NCBI GenBank assembly: GCA_951406725.2
Contig: OX597832.1
Span: forward strand, 14,570,001 to 14,634,000
DNA length: 64,000 nt
Direction: 5' to 3'
Source of the DNA: Octopus vulgaris
Lineage: Eukaryota
Of the stretch, positions 11,473 through 24,743 are shown piece by piece. A program made the translations under genes and the position numbers. Under the pieces are notes generated by a model, which saw only the letters and a program-made list of their open reading frames with translations, ran no database searches and had not been told where the DNA came from. The stretch's first letter is position 1. Each line of letters starts with the position of its first letter.

Positions 11473-14400
11473 TAGAAGTTTCTGGCAATATCACCTTCAC
11501 CTTAATCAGTTCATTGCATAAATATCTTATATGTCATCGATGGATGTCGAAAGGAGAAACGAAAACAGCAAATAATATTGCTTAAAATGGCGAGTGCAGT
11601 TACAACTAAATTAATGATTGTTGCTTAATCCATTTAAAATACAGATATTTCTTAATTTTTAAAGTAATATCCCTATATCACAACGGCAGTTTGTAACTAA
11701 AGAGAAGTGGACGATTTTAATGAATTATCTTCATGTGTAATTTGCACACAATGATTACACAACGCCACTCGGGAACACATTTGAAAAAAATAGAATCTGA
11801 TGTTAAAACTTAGAGCTTAGATTTACAGAATTCGACCTGACGCTCTTTATGTATTTCTCCCCCACACTATCGAATTAATAATAATCTAAAGTTATATGTA
11901 TATCCTATGATACGCGGCTCACATATTAATACAGATGCAGGTGGCAAATATTATTATTGTTCCCTATTCATTTCAGATATATCAAATTTGGAATATTTGA
12001 TGTTGATTATTAAACCATGATGGAATTTGTATAACAAAGCTAGCCACACAATACAATAAATATTATGTTTTAGATAAACGGAATACATAACAGCAATCAT
12101 AATTATCTGAGTATTTAGTAACTCTCCATCCTTTACTTTGTCCTCTATTGATGAATAAAAGATCTTCATAAATATTTGTTGCTGAACAATAACTCGCGTA
12201 TATTTCTCATTTGTTAGACAGTGTCATATTTCTAACATATGAACCGTCACTACGAGGTTTCTTTTCATTTTTATTCTCTTTTTGTCATTTGCATCGCTCA
12301 CACGCCGAGTTCATTAACGAGGCCTTTTTATGCTATTGCAAACTAAGTTTAGACAGTGGGAAATTAAGCAGAATGGCTGACTTTGTGAATCTGGAGTTTA
12401 ACATGAAAATATTTAGTGTATTTACCTCATAGAATTTGCTAGACATTCTCATTTCTCTATACGCTTCGTCAAGCACTGACTGAAGAAATACAAACAATGT
12501 TATTACTCAAATAGCAATATCAAAATGAATAGATATTGTTCTTGTGCACGCACTACATAAAATTGACTTCAATAAAATTCATTGCCGAATCGGAGACGTT
12601 GTGCATAATGATCGATGACATCTCATTTAGTTCTGGTTAGCTGGCGAGGCAATATTGAACACAGACGCATTGCCAGAATTATTTAAAATTTAAAGAATGC
12701 AATTTTTCGGCGATACTCACCTCGACTTTCAATCATGAATTGGATGTAATCCAGAGAAATATCCATCCAATAGACGCCATTAACTTCGTCCCACCATTCA
12801 CAAATAAGAAGCTGTGAATAAACATTTCCACACAGATAATTACGAGAGAATGGTAATTAGATATGATGTTTAGTTTAAGAGCGATACCGAGACAACGACG
12901 GTCTATTTACGTAGCCATTTGTTTTGCTAGAGATAACTGCAGCGTATCCATAAATATATAACACTAGCGTTCCATAAATATATGACACTAGCGTAATAGG
13001 GTAGAAATAGTTCTCTCCAAAAAGATAGAATGGTATTCGGATGGAATGTTTCTGAACATATTACAACTCTATGAGGTGCCACGTTGGTCTAAGAAACAAT
13101 GACCATGTTGCATCCAGTAAGATCAAGTGATGTAATTTAAAATAACCAGCATATCTTGAAAGTAGAAACGAATGATTCATCATCTGTGAAAATCCCTGAT
13201 GCCACATTGAACTATTTTTTTAACGTGTGAAATATACCAGTACACTCAGTTATACAATTTCCTATACCAAGTACGAAATAAAACTAATTAAACTAAGGTG
13301 ATTATATCAAAAATGAGATAAAGTAATTCTAATGTATTAATAATACAAATGTTATTATTTATGTTAATGTAGTAACGTATCTTATTCCAAAGTGACGTGC
13401 TGCGTCGTGGCAGGTCCAGTAGGCTTCCCGTGTTTCGACGTTCTGGTTTCACATCTGTTGATCATTCTTCCTCTATTGTGATAAAATACAGTACTAATCA
13501 AGTACGGTTATGAGCGAATTCGACAAGCCACCTAAACGAAATTTCTGTCCGTCCTTAAATTAGAAACAAGTGTTCCGACTTGATACTCAATTTAGCAACG
13601 CTGTTATGCTACCAACTTTCTTATTTATTGGAATCATTGTTTCACCATGAATCGTATTATCATTGTTGACGTACGGCGTAGGATATAAACAATGAAATAA
13701 TCTGGTTTGCTCAAGTTTCCTTAACGAAAACCGCAGGAAATAAGACGAATACTGTTCCTTTCTAAATCTACCCGTTTGCGCATATTTCCCTTTAAATATA
13801 CGTTATTTGCTACATGCTAAATATTTCTATGTCGATTTGCATTATGAATATTAAATTATATCCACAAGTTTATGCAGACACGATATTAATAACAATATTT
13901 AAGGCGCAAAAATATGTTATATTAATATTAAAAAAAAATATCAAGCTAAACCTAACAGGTATGTCAGAATATATTTAAGCAAACGTAACACATGCCGCTA
14001 CAACATTTATCTCTGCACATGCATATAAGCTTTGCATTTATTTCAAAGTGGCAACATCTGCCAAATAAAAACACAAAGTATAAACCTATAAGCAAACGTA
14101 ATGGAAAAGGTAATGGATCGATGCTGCGTGATTTTTCACTATTCTCTAAACGCTCCAAAACCTAATGTCCTGTCGTCAATCTTATTTTTATTCTTGCGCA
14201 GATCAACAATTCAAGTAGAAGGTAAGCTTCTAGATACGGAAGAAATTTATTATCTAATTGAAAAATCTACAATGAAGAGCTTCAGAAATCCCTTCACTGC
14301 ATCATTTGAATAACCGATAACAAAATACCGACCTAACCTAATATCTCCCGATTCAGTAGAAATAGCAAATGCTCTGACTCATTGCCCCGTTCAATAATGT

Positions 14401-14670
14401 CGTTTGTTTGATGCTGTCAATTACATTAACTTACTGACCAAATTTTATACGTGCTTAGGTAGCAGGTATATACACGTAAAATGTATATCTTTACACATAG
14501 CGAGAAAAGTCATGAGATATCAATAAATGCCTTGTGAGAGAGATAGGTTAACTCAGAAAAATAAATGGAATTATAAAAGTGCATTGAATTAAACAGGCAA
14601 TTCTTATATAATAGAAAAAACATGAGAATCAGTATAAAAATGTCAAACGCATTAATATATCAAGGAATAT

Positions 14671-15760
14671 ACAGGGGTTGGATAAAATAATGGAAACACT
14701 TTAAACTTTCAAATAAATTTATTTTAAAATGGGATAGGGCTGCCTTTGTCAGTAATTATAGCTTGAATTCTTAAAGGTACAGACTCGTACAAAGTTTGAA
14801 TTGATTCCAAAGGAATTTTTATGCATTCTTCAGCTAAAACAGTTTCCAGTTCTCGTAGTGATGATGGTGGAGGATATCGACTCCTTAAATGGTTTTCTAA
14901 AATGTTTAATAATATAGAAATCTGGTAACTGGTTGCCAGATAAGATGTTCAACGTCACTAGAATGTTCTTCGTGACATTCAGTAACAAGTGTGTGAATTG
15001 ATGCATTATCATCCCGAAATATTGTGTTTTTCCCCGGAAACAGTTCCGCAACCAAAGGATGAATTTGATCAGATAAAATGCTTAAACTAACTGTCTTGAC
15101 TATTTATTTTGCCATCAAGGGAAACCTTTGGGTTGGCTGTTTTCCAAGATATATCACCCCTCAGATCATCACAGGTCCTCCGCCAGGTTAAAACTTGGAA
15201 GAAGGAAATCTGGTTCAAATACTTCTTTCTGTCTCCACACATTTACTCGGCCGATGGTTGGAAAGTAGGTAAAGCATGACTAGTCCGAGAAAACAACATT
15301 CTTCCACTGCTCTGGGACCAATTCTGTAGGTTTTTACCACACTCTCAACGCTTTGCAACGTTTGTTTTTGAAAGTAGTGGTTTTCTGATTGCAACCTTCC
15401 CATGAAATCTGGTTTTTACAGTGGAAAGTGTGTTCTCTGGGTGGTCATTAAACTCTGCATTCTAACAAATCCCTATCTGTAAGTTTATATTTTCTTCCGG
15501 AGTTTTGTTTCCAGGAGGAGGCTTTTCCCACTTTCTCAAAGGCTGGCAATACTTTCGTGACAGTACTTCTGGATGACTGGAACAAAAAGGTAAGATAACT
15601 GATGATTGTGCTGGTACACCGGACGTGAAGTAAAACAATGTTTGGCAAGTTCTCAGCACACGAAACTAATAGTAGCACACAAAAATATATATTCATTTTG
15701 TGTTTATAAAATGCCTGTTTGTTTCTAAGAAGTTTAAGTACTCCTTTCGTGGAACAGTTC
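14671..15760 (-). mobile_element. Decayed Tc1-like transposon
   Basis: TA followed by TIR CAGGGGTTGGATAAAATAATGGAAACAC at ~14671. Minus-strand HTH remnant [39 protein letters not shown] motif and QLPDFYIIKHF (cf. SPDLNIIE). The second TIR is not recognisable. Confidence 0.82.
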
Positions 15761-15766
15761 ACAACA

Positions 15767-15772
<6 letters not shown>

Positions 15773-15852
<80 letters not shown>

Positions 15853-15903
15853 CATACATATAGATATATGTATGTGCACGCGCGTATATATATATATATA
15901 CAT

Positions 15904-15956
<53 letters not shown>

Positions 15957-15960
15957 TATA
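15773..15960. repeat. (TA)n microsatellites
   Basis: Seen directly in the sequence. Confidence 0.95.
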
Positions 15961-17704
15961 TCATGTCACAATCTAACTATCTGTATATGACTTAATAAAT
16001 GATAAGTAAACAATATACTTGAGATAGTTTAATTGATTGAATAATTAACTCATGTGTGTATAATTACTTATAATTTGCAATGATCTTCAACATGGAAAAT
16101 ATTGCTATCATTTCCTATCCCACTTTCGTTGGCTCTTGTCATAAAGGTATTAAAAAAAACAGTCCGAAAACACATTCTATGTTCAGGTACAATGATGTTC
16201 ATCGTAAGTATACTAAAAGTATGATTAACATTAACTACAAGAATAGCGACACTTCTGTCAATAAAAGTTTATCATTTGCAAAGCGATGTTTCATACATTT
16301 ACAAAAATGGAATTACTGAAATTCAATGAGAGATTCTTGGTTAACGTAACAGAATGCTTAAATGAGAAATTCGAATAAAAATGATATTATTTAACTAAAC
16401 AAACAGCAGAATATTTTCTAAGTATCAATTCACTGCTATTGGAATTATTAGTCATTCCACAATCACATACGTGTCGAAGCGTATTTTAAAAGTTATATAC
16501 AACTTTCTATAAGTTGGTAGCGAGAGAAAACAGAGGAATTTAAGCCACGGCACGTAGAGACAACAACTGATTCGAGAAAATTTTTTTTCTATTTAGATCA
16601 CAAAAATACAAATTTTCAGCAAGCATGTCTGCGCATTCAGTTGTAGCTACGTATTAGTCAGAATAGTTGAAATATACATGGAAGTGTCTTTTGGCAAACT
16701 GCAATAGAAAACACATATTGATATCGGTATATCGGAGAAAGTTCAGGTTAAATGTGTTCTCCAAAAGCTTATATGTTCTTTCACGTATCCAAGTACATGT
16801 TTAAAAGAAAACTTTTGGATGTGATCGAATCGAAGCAACCTTCAGATATACTGCAGTATTCTCTGTATGTCATTCATGATATCGTGAGTTTTAATACATA
16901 TATATTACACACACACACAGACAGAAACACACACAAACACAGACACATACACACACATGCACATACACGCACACATATATACGTAAATGTAGAACGTTGG
17001 AATGAGTGCTCAATGCCGTATTCATGGACAAATAATTTCTTTATACGTGAATTAAGGCCACCGTGAGTTTCATGTTGAGAAGAGTGAGAAAAATTCCAAG
17101 TATCTTAATAATTGTTCAAGACGGTCACACGAAGAAAAGTGTTCGCCTCCATTTTGGAAAACAATCTGATTTTGTTCATACCCCTTTCTTGATATATATA
17201 GGACTTCTCCTCTTAGTCTTCTCTTTATTTTTCTCTCCAAGCAAAACCCTTCTGTAAATATATAAATTACTACATACTTGTTCATTTATCTGAATATCTT
17301 CTGCTTTTGTTTTTCTCTATGTATCCCTAAATCCATAGTATTTCATGTATACATATGCATGTCAATTTTATAAATGAATCCCAAACCTTATAGTTTGTAT
17401 ATTTCTATCATTATTTCCATATCAGTTCTTGTAGGGATATCCTGACACCCCTGCGTGATAGCATGTCAACTCTCCTATAACTTTGTTATAGGTCCACGTT
17501 ATAAATTGGCATATACAGTGAGATCAAACAAGGACATGACAGTGTCGACGATATACAACATCAGCTCAGCTGGATTCATCTTGTAGCCATCATTTACTCC
17601 GTGGACATTGTACTCGGAAAAGATTTTGTAGTGTAATTTAAATCATTTGAGCACTTCTACGTATTTCCTGTATTCAGAATTCCCTGGATTGCACCCATTT
17701 ATTT

Positions 17705-17975
17705 ACGAGTGCACATCCAAATAAATCCGGAACTTTACAATATTCTTTTATTCACTTCGATTTACTTCTCCCTGGCTTTACAGCGTAAGCATGAGTTTTC
17801 CACTAGCAATGTGATCCAAAGAAGAACAAAGAATAAAACAGCAGTGATCCGATTTCTCTGTTCGGAAATTTTGTCCGGAGCAGAAACCGTCTGTTGGATC
17901 ACTGTTCTTTATTCTTCTTTGGGGCACACTGCTAGTGGAGCGGCGATGCTAACGCCATAAAGCCAGAAACATAAA
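17705..17975. mobile_element. Mariner 5'-end-derived foldback (palindromic) element
   Basis: Mariner-like end TACGAG...ATCCAAATAAATCCGGAAC and N-terminal transposase remnant AVIRFLCSE..GAE. 17772-17966 forms an imperfect hairpin. Confidence 0.65.
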
Positions 17976-18391
17976 CGGCGTGGTCAGCCTCAAACGTAGA
18001 TCACGTTACCACAATAGTACCAACTATAATCACACATGAGCAAAAGGGAGTGTGACAATAATAAAGATATGTTATAGCGAAAGTGCAGATAATTTTTTAA
18101 TCCTCTTCGTATATGTTTATATAATACATACAATCTCCAACGACTACACAGTTAGAAGAAAATATACATACACACATACATACACACGTATACTCACAAT
18201 AACAAATGCGCACACGTGCACATACACGCACGCACACACACATATACATAGCATAAATCGATGTGGAGGACAGATTTTCGTAGGTCAAATTTCTGTATCA
18301 TGAGAATACAAAATACATCAAAATATTGAGTTTCACGCGCTCCAGTATTAGAATCCAAAGAAATACACACACGCATATGCATATTTATATA

Positions 18392-19619
18392 TACCAGGCT
18401 GGTGCAAATTCGATTTTTTAGAAAACAATTTTAGATAGTTTTGTTTTAATTGCAATGTTTTAAGAGTGTCACAAGGGAAAATGTATACATTTTTCGTTCA
18501 GATTCTGATTGGTTTGGCCATAACATTCAGTTATATTCGCACTCTTGTGTGTCTCATCTACATATGGCATTAGACATGTCTAACTCAAAGAATTTCATAA
18601 ATGTGTCAATGCAAACACAGTAGTAGTGCCTCTTCAGAAATGTTATGAGGATGATATAATGAGGGAAAGAAGTTGCAGGAGATTGCTGTCCCGCTTCAGA
18701 AGTGGGGATTTGTGCTTGAAAAACGAGCCAAGAAGGTCGTTCAAAATAACTTGATTCTGTAGGGTTGGGAAACGTTGTCCCAGAAAATTCAACTGGAATT
18801 TCTAGATAACTCAAAGAACAGTTTAACATAGCCCATACAAATTTTCTACGCCAACTGAAAAATGGTCGGATGGGTTTTGGTGGGTGGAAAATGATTCCCA
18901 CACGAACTGACTCCAGGGAATCTGTCACAGCATGTTGTTTGTTCTCAGTCATTGTGTACTCCTGCAGGAATCATTTTTAAGAGGGCTTGTTGCAGATGAT
19001 GACAAATGGAGTGTAATTTAAATCATAACATTAAACGTCGCCGATTGCGAATCAGTCAAGGAGGAAGACCTGTTCAAGAACCAATAGAAGTCCTTCATTC
19101 AAGGAAGATCAAGATGAGTGTATGGTGGGATAGTGAAAGTATTGTCCATTAAGATCTGTTAGACCACAATCAAATTGTTACTGTTAATCTCTACTGTTAT
19201 CAACTTCATCGTTTGAAAACTGATTTAAACAGGAAGCGACCCTTCTTAGTCAACTGAAATAGTTTATCTTTCACCATAATAATGCTTGTTCGCACATAGC
19301 ACGTCTGACAAAAGATCTCTTTGAAGAGATTGGTTGATAAATACTGTTTCATGCTTCATATTATCCACACCTTGCTCATTCTGATTAATATTTGTTTCGA
19401 GGTGTACACATCCATGTTAATTGTCTTAGGTTGACATCAACGAAAAGGTTTGAAAATTAGTTGGATTCATATTTCGCATCAAAATCTAAGCAATTTTTTA
19501 AGTTTGGCATTTATAAGTTTATTGACAGATGAGAAGAAGTTCTGGCAAGCCTTAATCACGGGCTATATTATTGTTAAAAGACCTTACAATTGGACATTAC
19601 ATTTGCAGTAACCTGATAT
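18392..19619 (+). mobile_element. Decayed mariner transposon
   Basis: Partial TIRs (CAGGCTGGTGCAAAT and ATTTGCAGTAACCTG). Degenerate motifs IP-HELT, VADDDKW, KMSVWWDS, FHHNNACSH and HASYYPHLAHSD*YLFR. Confidence 0.85.
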
Positions 19620-19633
19620 ATATACATAAATAC

Positions 19634-19921
19634 CTAAAAGCTCCACGCAGCTCCGGCAGGGGAAGGTGGTGATCCCTGCTGTACTCTTTCACCACAACTT
19701 TCTCTCACTCTTACTTCCTGTTTCTGTTGTACCTGTATTTCAAGGGGCCGGCCTTGTCACTCTCTGTGTCACGCTGAATATCCCCGAGAACTACGTTAAG
19801 GGTGCACGTGTCTGTGGAGTGCTCAGCCACTTACACGTTAATTTCACGAGCAGGCTGTTCCGCTGATTCGGATCAACCGGAAGCCTCATTGTCGCAACCG
19901 ACGGAGTGCTTCCATCCATCC
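19634..19921 (+). mobile_element. 5'-truncated OR1-like SINE with (CCAT)n tail
   Basis: Matches 960-1241. TSD ATATATACATAAATAC at 19618-19633 and 19922-19937. Confidence 0.92.
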
Positions 19922-19957
19922 ATATATACATAAATACACACATACACACACACACAC

Positions 19958-20014
<57 letters not shown>

Positions 20015-20018
<4 letters not shown>

Positions 20019-20430
20019 GGAACTCCCGAGCCACTTGAAACATTCTTTTCGCCCAATCGCCTCATCACCGTAAGCTTACTGAAGTATACTAATTGTCTCT
20101 GTAACAGACTTCCCAAGTTTAACGCGAAATTGCGCATTGGCTCTGTGTTTCAACCTCCTCTCCATCACAAAAAAGTCGCAGACTACTGAACATACCTGAC
20201 CACAAAATCACAAATCTCATAACTTGCGATGCATAACACACCGATCCCACTCGACGCACTGCCTCCTCATGAAGCTCACGGCTAGCTCCCATTGTGCACG
20301 CCACGGTGTGCTACCATCTGTTGACGCTCTATTGAAATTGTTGGGGAACATTTTGGGTGTCATCAATTCAAAGAAAACTTGTCTTCATGAGTGGAAATAT
20401 TTTCAAATATTTCTGGAATAATCCCAAAGA
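20015..20430 (-). mobile_element. 5' fragment of another mariner (N-terminal HTH)
   Basis: Minus-strand translation HRANAQFRVKLGKSVTETISILQ*AYGDEAIGRKECFKW, truncated at a (TA)n tract. Confidence 0.75.
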
Positions 20431-20715
20431 CCTGAATATGTAGTATGCAATGACAATAGTACCTCTAATGTATAAAATTGTCATTGATACGACTTCATAT
20501 TTACCTTTCACTATACGAATTTACTGTGCGGATTATCATGGACCGTTTCATTTGTTTTCGTTATGATATCCATGAACTGTATTTCATATGACACGACTAT
20601 CATACATTCCATCAGCACATACTTCATGTGGTATTCGTCAAACTTGCAGGCCCAGTGTAGTTACTACTGACACATATACGTTTATATAATTGTGTGTAGT
20701 TACTACTAACAAGTA

Positions 20716-21007
20716 GTGGAGGAATAAAGCCTTGTGGTTAGAGCAGCGGAATCGCGGTCGAGGAATCGCAAGTTCGAATCTCAGACCGGGAGATGTGTGT
20801 GTTTATGAGCGAAACACCTAAGCTCCACGCGACTCCGGAAGAAGTTCATGGCGAACTTCTGCTGACTCTTTCGCCACAAATTTCTCCTGCATCTTGCAGC
20901 TCACCTGTGACAGATCGGCGCCCCGACCAGGTGGGGAACCTATACGCCAAGGAAACCGGGAAACCGACCCTTGTGAGCTAAGCGTGGCTCGCGAAGGAAG
21001 AAGGAAG
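20716..21007 (+). mobile_element. tRNA-derived SINE with OR-like head/body and V-like 3' module
   Basis: B box AGTTCGAATCT; GAGCGAAACACCTAAGCTCCACG shared with the OR1-like SINE; 3' GACAGATCGGCGCCCCGACCAG...GGGAAACCG shared with the SINE at 2844. (GAAG)n tail; TSD-like TAACAAGTA / TAACAGGTA. Confidence 0.82.
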
Positions 21008-21884
21008 TAACAGGTATACGTATATATAATTTTCAGCATATATTTCGGTGAGAAAGCTAACAATAATAGCAGCGAATTATAAAAAAAGAAAATTGGTTCG
21101 CATTACTCTGTTCAATGAATCTACCTGAAGTTTTAGCATACACATATTATGGGCAAGTCTCATGAATATATTAAAACTGAATACAGAATAAGAGAATTGT
21201 ATCGCCTGATATTGCAATATTGTATCGAATAGCAATATTCGCATATCACATTTACAGTTTACATCTTTTATTTTTGTTTTAACTATATAATGGCAATTTT
21301 ATATTTTATCATAAGAGTATAACATTTGCCTGCGGCAACATAGAAAGTTTCAAGTAAAAGTGTGTTCCATGCATTTCAACATCTATAACCAAATAATTAG
21401 AACTACAGGAAAGAATATAAGACACAAATTTAACTTAAAATGTGCTACAAAAGATACGAACGTTTCAGAACAATGAAATGGATGTAAGTAGCTATCAAAT
21501 ATGATTTAAATGTAATTAAATGTGTATATTCCATTTTGAATAGTTATCAGCATAGTCGAATTTGCTGATACGTGTCAGACATTGTGACTCATTTTATCTT
21601 GCTTAACTGGCAACAGGAAATCCGAGATTTTCATCTTGTATTTTCTGCAAAAATATTCTCTTTTTGCTTATCGTTTATATACATTTACTTTGTAAAATTT
21701 AATTTGAATTCAAGACAAAACATTTAATATTTAATAAAAAGCAAATGTTCGCAGATAAGTAGCTGAAATAGAAGTGTCATAGAAAATTGCAAATATATTG
21801 CTTTGCTAACGTTAAAAGAAATAATACGAAAAGATTTATTGTATCTATACCTACATGAAAGGTGAGCTGAATATACTACGACTG

Positions 21885-21905
21885 TATGTATATATATACA
21901 TATGC

Positions 21906-21968
<63 letters not shown>

Positions 21969-21972
21969 AATG

Positions 21973-22003
<31 letters not shown>

Positions 22004-22013
22004 GTATACATAT

Positions 22014-22044
<31 letters not shown>

Positions 22045-22140
22045 CATATATACATACATATATATATAATGTGTGTGTGTGTATCTATGTATGTGTGTAT
22101 GTACAAATACATACATATGTATACACAAACACATATGTAT
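21885..22140. repeat. (TA)n/(CATA)n/(TG)n compound microsatellite
   Basis: Seen directly in the sequence. Confidence 0.95.
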
Positions 22141-23165
22141 ACACATTCTCCTAGCAAATACATATTTTTATTGAAATATATATATACGCACAAATACACA
22201 CGCATTATCAATTATATTATATATTATGTGCCGACATAACAGGACACACATATTCACGTTATGATTTGTATATTATGCGACGTTACTCTTCGAGCGGATG
22301 GATAGAATATACGTTTAATACACAGCCTATATGCAACCGAAATGATTATACCAACAAGTATTCGGTATTCAGTCTGAAAATTATCTTCATTGCATTAGCC
22401 TAACGGCTATAACCTTTGTTTGATTTTCTAGCTGTCTTGTAATATGGAAATGTATAATGGCTCTTAACGTTCAGATATCCCTATGCATATATGAGTAACT
22501 CTTTGAGGCGTCGATGCACGATAAGGCAGCGTATGATTCTAGTTAGAAGAACTACTTCTTCTACTACCTACGACAATGTACCATGAAGGGCTTTAGAAGA
22601 TTTTAAGTTGGAACAAATCATTGGATAGTGGGGCTCTTTTGATGAAAATGACGTGACAGAGAAGCTTTGAAAAATTAAAATGATGTAACAATTTACACGC
22701 GCGTGCTACTGATACAGATATTAATTCCATGAAATTTGTATTATCTTACGATTAGTTCTGCATAGTTTAGAATGATGTTAACAAAAATATCGACTTATCC
22801 TTGTCAGCTATGTTAGCATTGACATATCGTGTCCTGCCGCTATTTATTGAATATTTACACAGGCAGATATTAAGGGGTAAATATAGGATCGGACAGAGAT
22901 AACTGGCACACTCTACGTCATAGAAGATAAAATATGATATGAATTAACTGACAATAGCATTAAACATTCTGCCTTGAATGCATAATAAGAGCGTACTATA
23001 GTATGTCATCTAAATACTACTTTGAATTTTACATAAGTGTAATCATATTCGAAATGAAGATAAAATTCAAAGGGCCAAGCCATCTGTACGTGCTTCCTAC
23101 ACATCTTTTCATTATTGTCATGACTAATCTGTATACCTAATTACCTATATCTTTATATACGTGTA

Positions 23166-23243
<78 letters not shown>

Positions 23244-23584
23244 CATACAGACATCTGTATATACACATAAATAAATATAAATATGTGTGTTTGTTTCTTA
23301 AGCATTCGCTCGCTACAAGGTCCTTTGACAGCAGAAAACGTAAGAGCTGCTAAAATAAAATGGCCACTACACAAAAGTCAATAGGTGGCGATGTACATCA
23401 GACTTGAAAGAGTGGAGGATATATACATGTTTAACATTTGTCAGAAGTATGAAACGAAATGAAATTAGTAATTACCTGTTTGTTAAAGGGTAGTTTTCTT
23501 TTGTGTTTAATATATACACTATTTTAATATATATATATATATATACACTATTTTAATATATATATATATATATATATTTTAATA

Positions 23585-23634
<50 letters not shown>

Positions 23635-24009
23635 TTAATTTAGAGACGAATCACCATTTGACAACTCAGTCAATGAAGAACCCGTCCATCTATGCCATGA
23701 GACATATCCCATACAAAATAATAATCTAAAATGTTAATAATATATGATATTGAACAGTAACATTATATAGTATATAAGAGCAAATACTTTTAAAAATCAC
23801 AGTGAATAACATACAAAGAAACATTCATCATAAAAATATTAATCTAAAATGAAATTAAGTATAAATTGAACAATAAAAATTCTTGACTGAGTTGTAGAAT
23901 AGTGGTTTGTCTGTAAATTAGTTATATACATATATCATATAGTATATATTGCGAAATTCGTTCTAATATTGTTATACTGAATTTTACCTGTAAGCTTGGA
24001 ATAACTCGT

Positions 24010-24655
24010 TTATTACTGTTTTTATTCTAACTTTTGTATATTGTCCGAAAATATGTCGTCAAATATACGGGATCTTATCAGCGACACTTTCCGTCCCCGT
24101 GTGTGTTCTTGCTCCACTAACTCCTTTATGCTCTTCTATGATGTGTGTCGTTATTTTGCGTATACGTTTCTGTCCGTATTTGTGGGTGTGTGTGTGAGTG
24201 TGAGTGTGTGTGTGTGTGTGTGCGTGTTTGCGTGCCATTTTTCTTAGCAGACGTATGACCTTTCTTTCAGTCCCATCCTAATTCCCTGTTAACGCTAGTG
24301 CTGTCCTAGAACCCGAAATTCTAGGAGAGTTCTTCTGTAGCTTTATGTTTGTGTGTTCGTCTATGTTGTTGCCACCGTGAAGTCTTTGCTGTTGTTGTTG
24401 TTATTGCCAGACCTGTCGCCGCTATTGCTGTCGTCGTTAGTCGTATTCTTTTGCTCTTTTACTCTTTTACTTGTTTCAGTCATTTGACTGCGGCCATGCT
24501 GGAGCACCGCTTTTAGTCGAGCAACTCAACCCCGGGACTTATTCTTTGTACGCCAAGTACTTATTCTATCGGACTTTTTTGCCGAACCGCTAAGTGACGG
24601 GGACATAAACACACCAGCATCGGTTGTCAAGCAATGCTAGGGGGACAAACACACA

Positions 24656-24743
<88 letters not shown>

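Noticed and set aside
12941-12993. ~24-bp tandem duplication
   Set aside because: An ordinary slippage duplication with no further structure.
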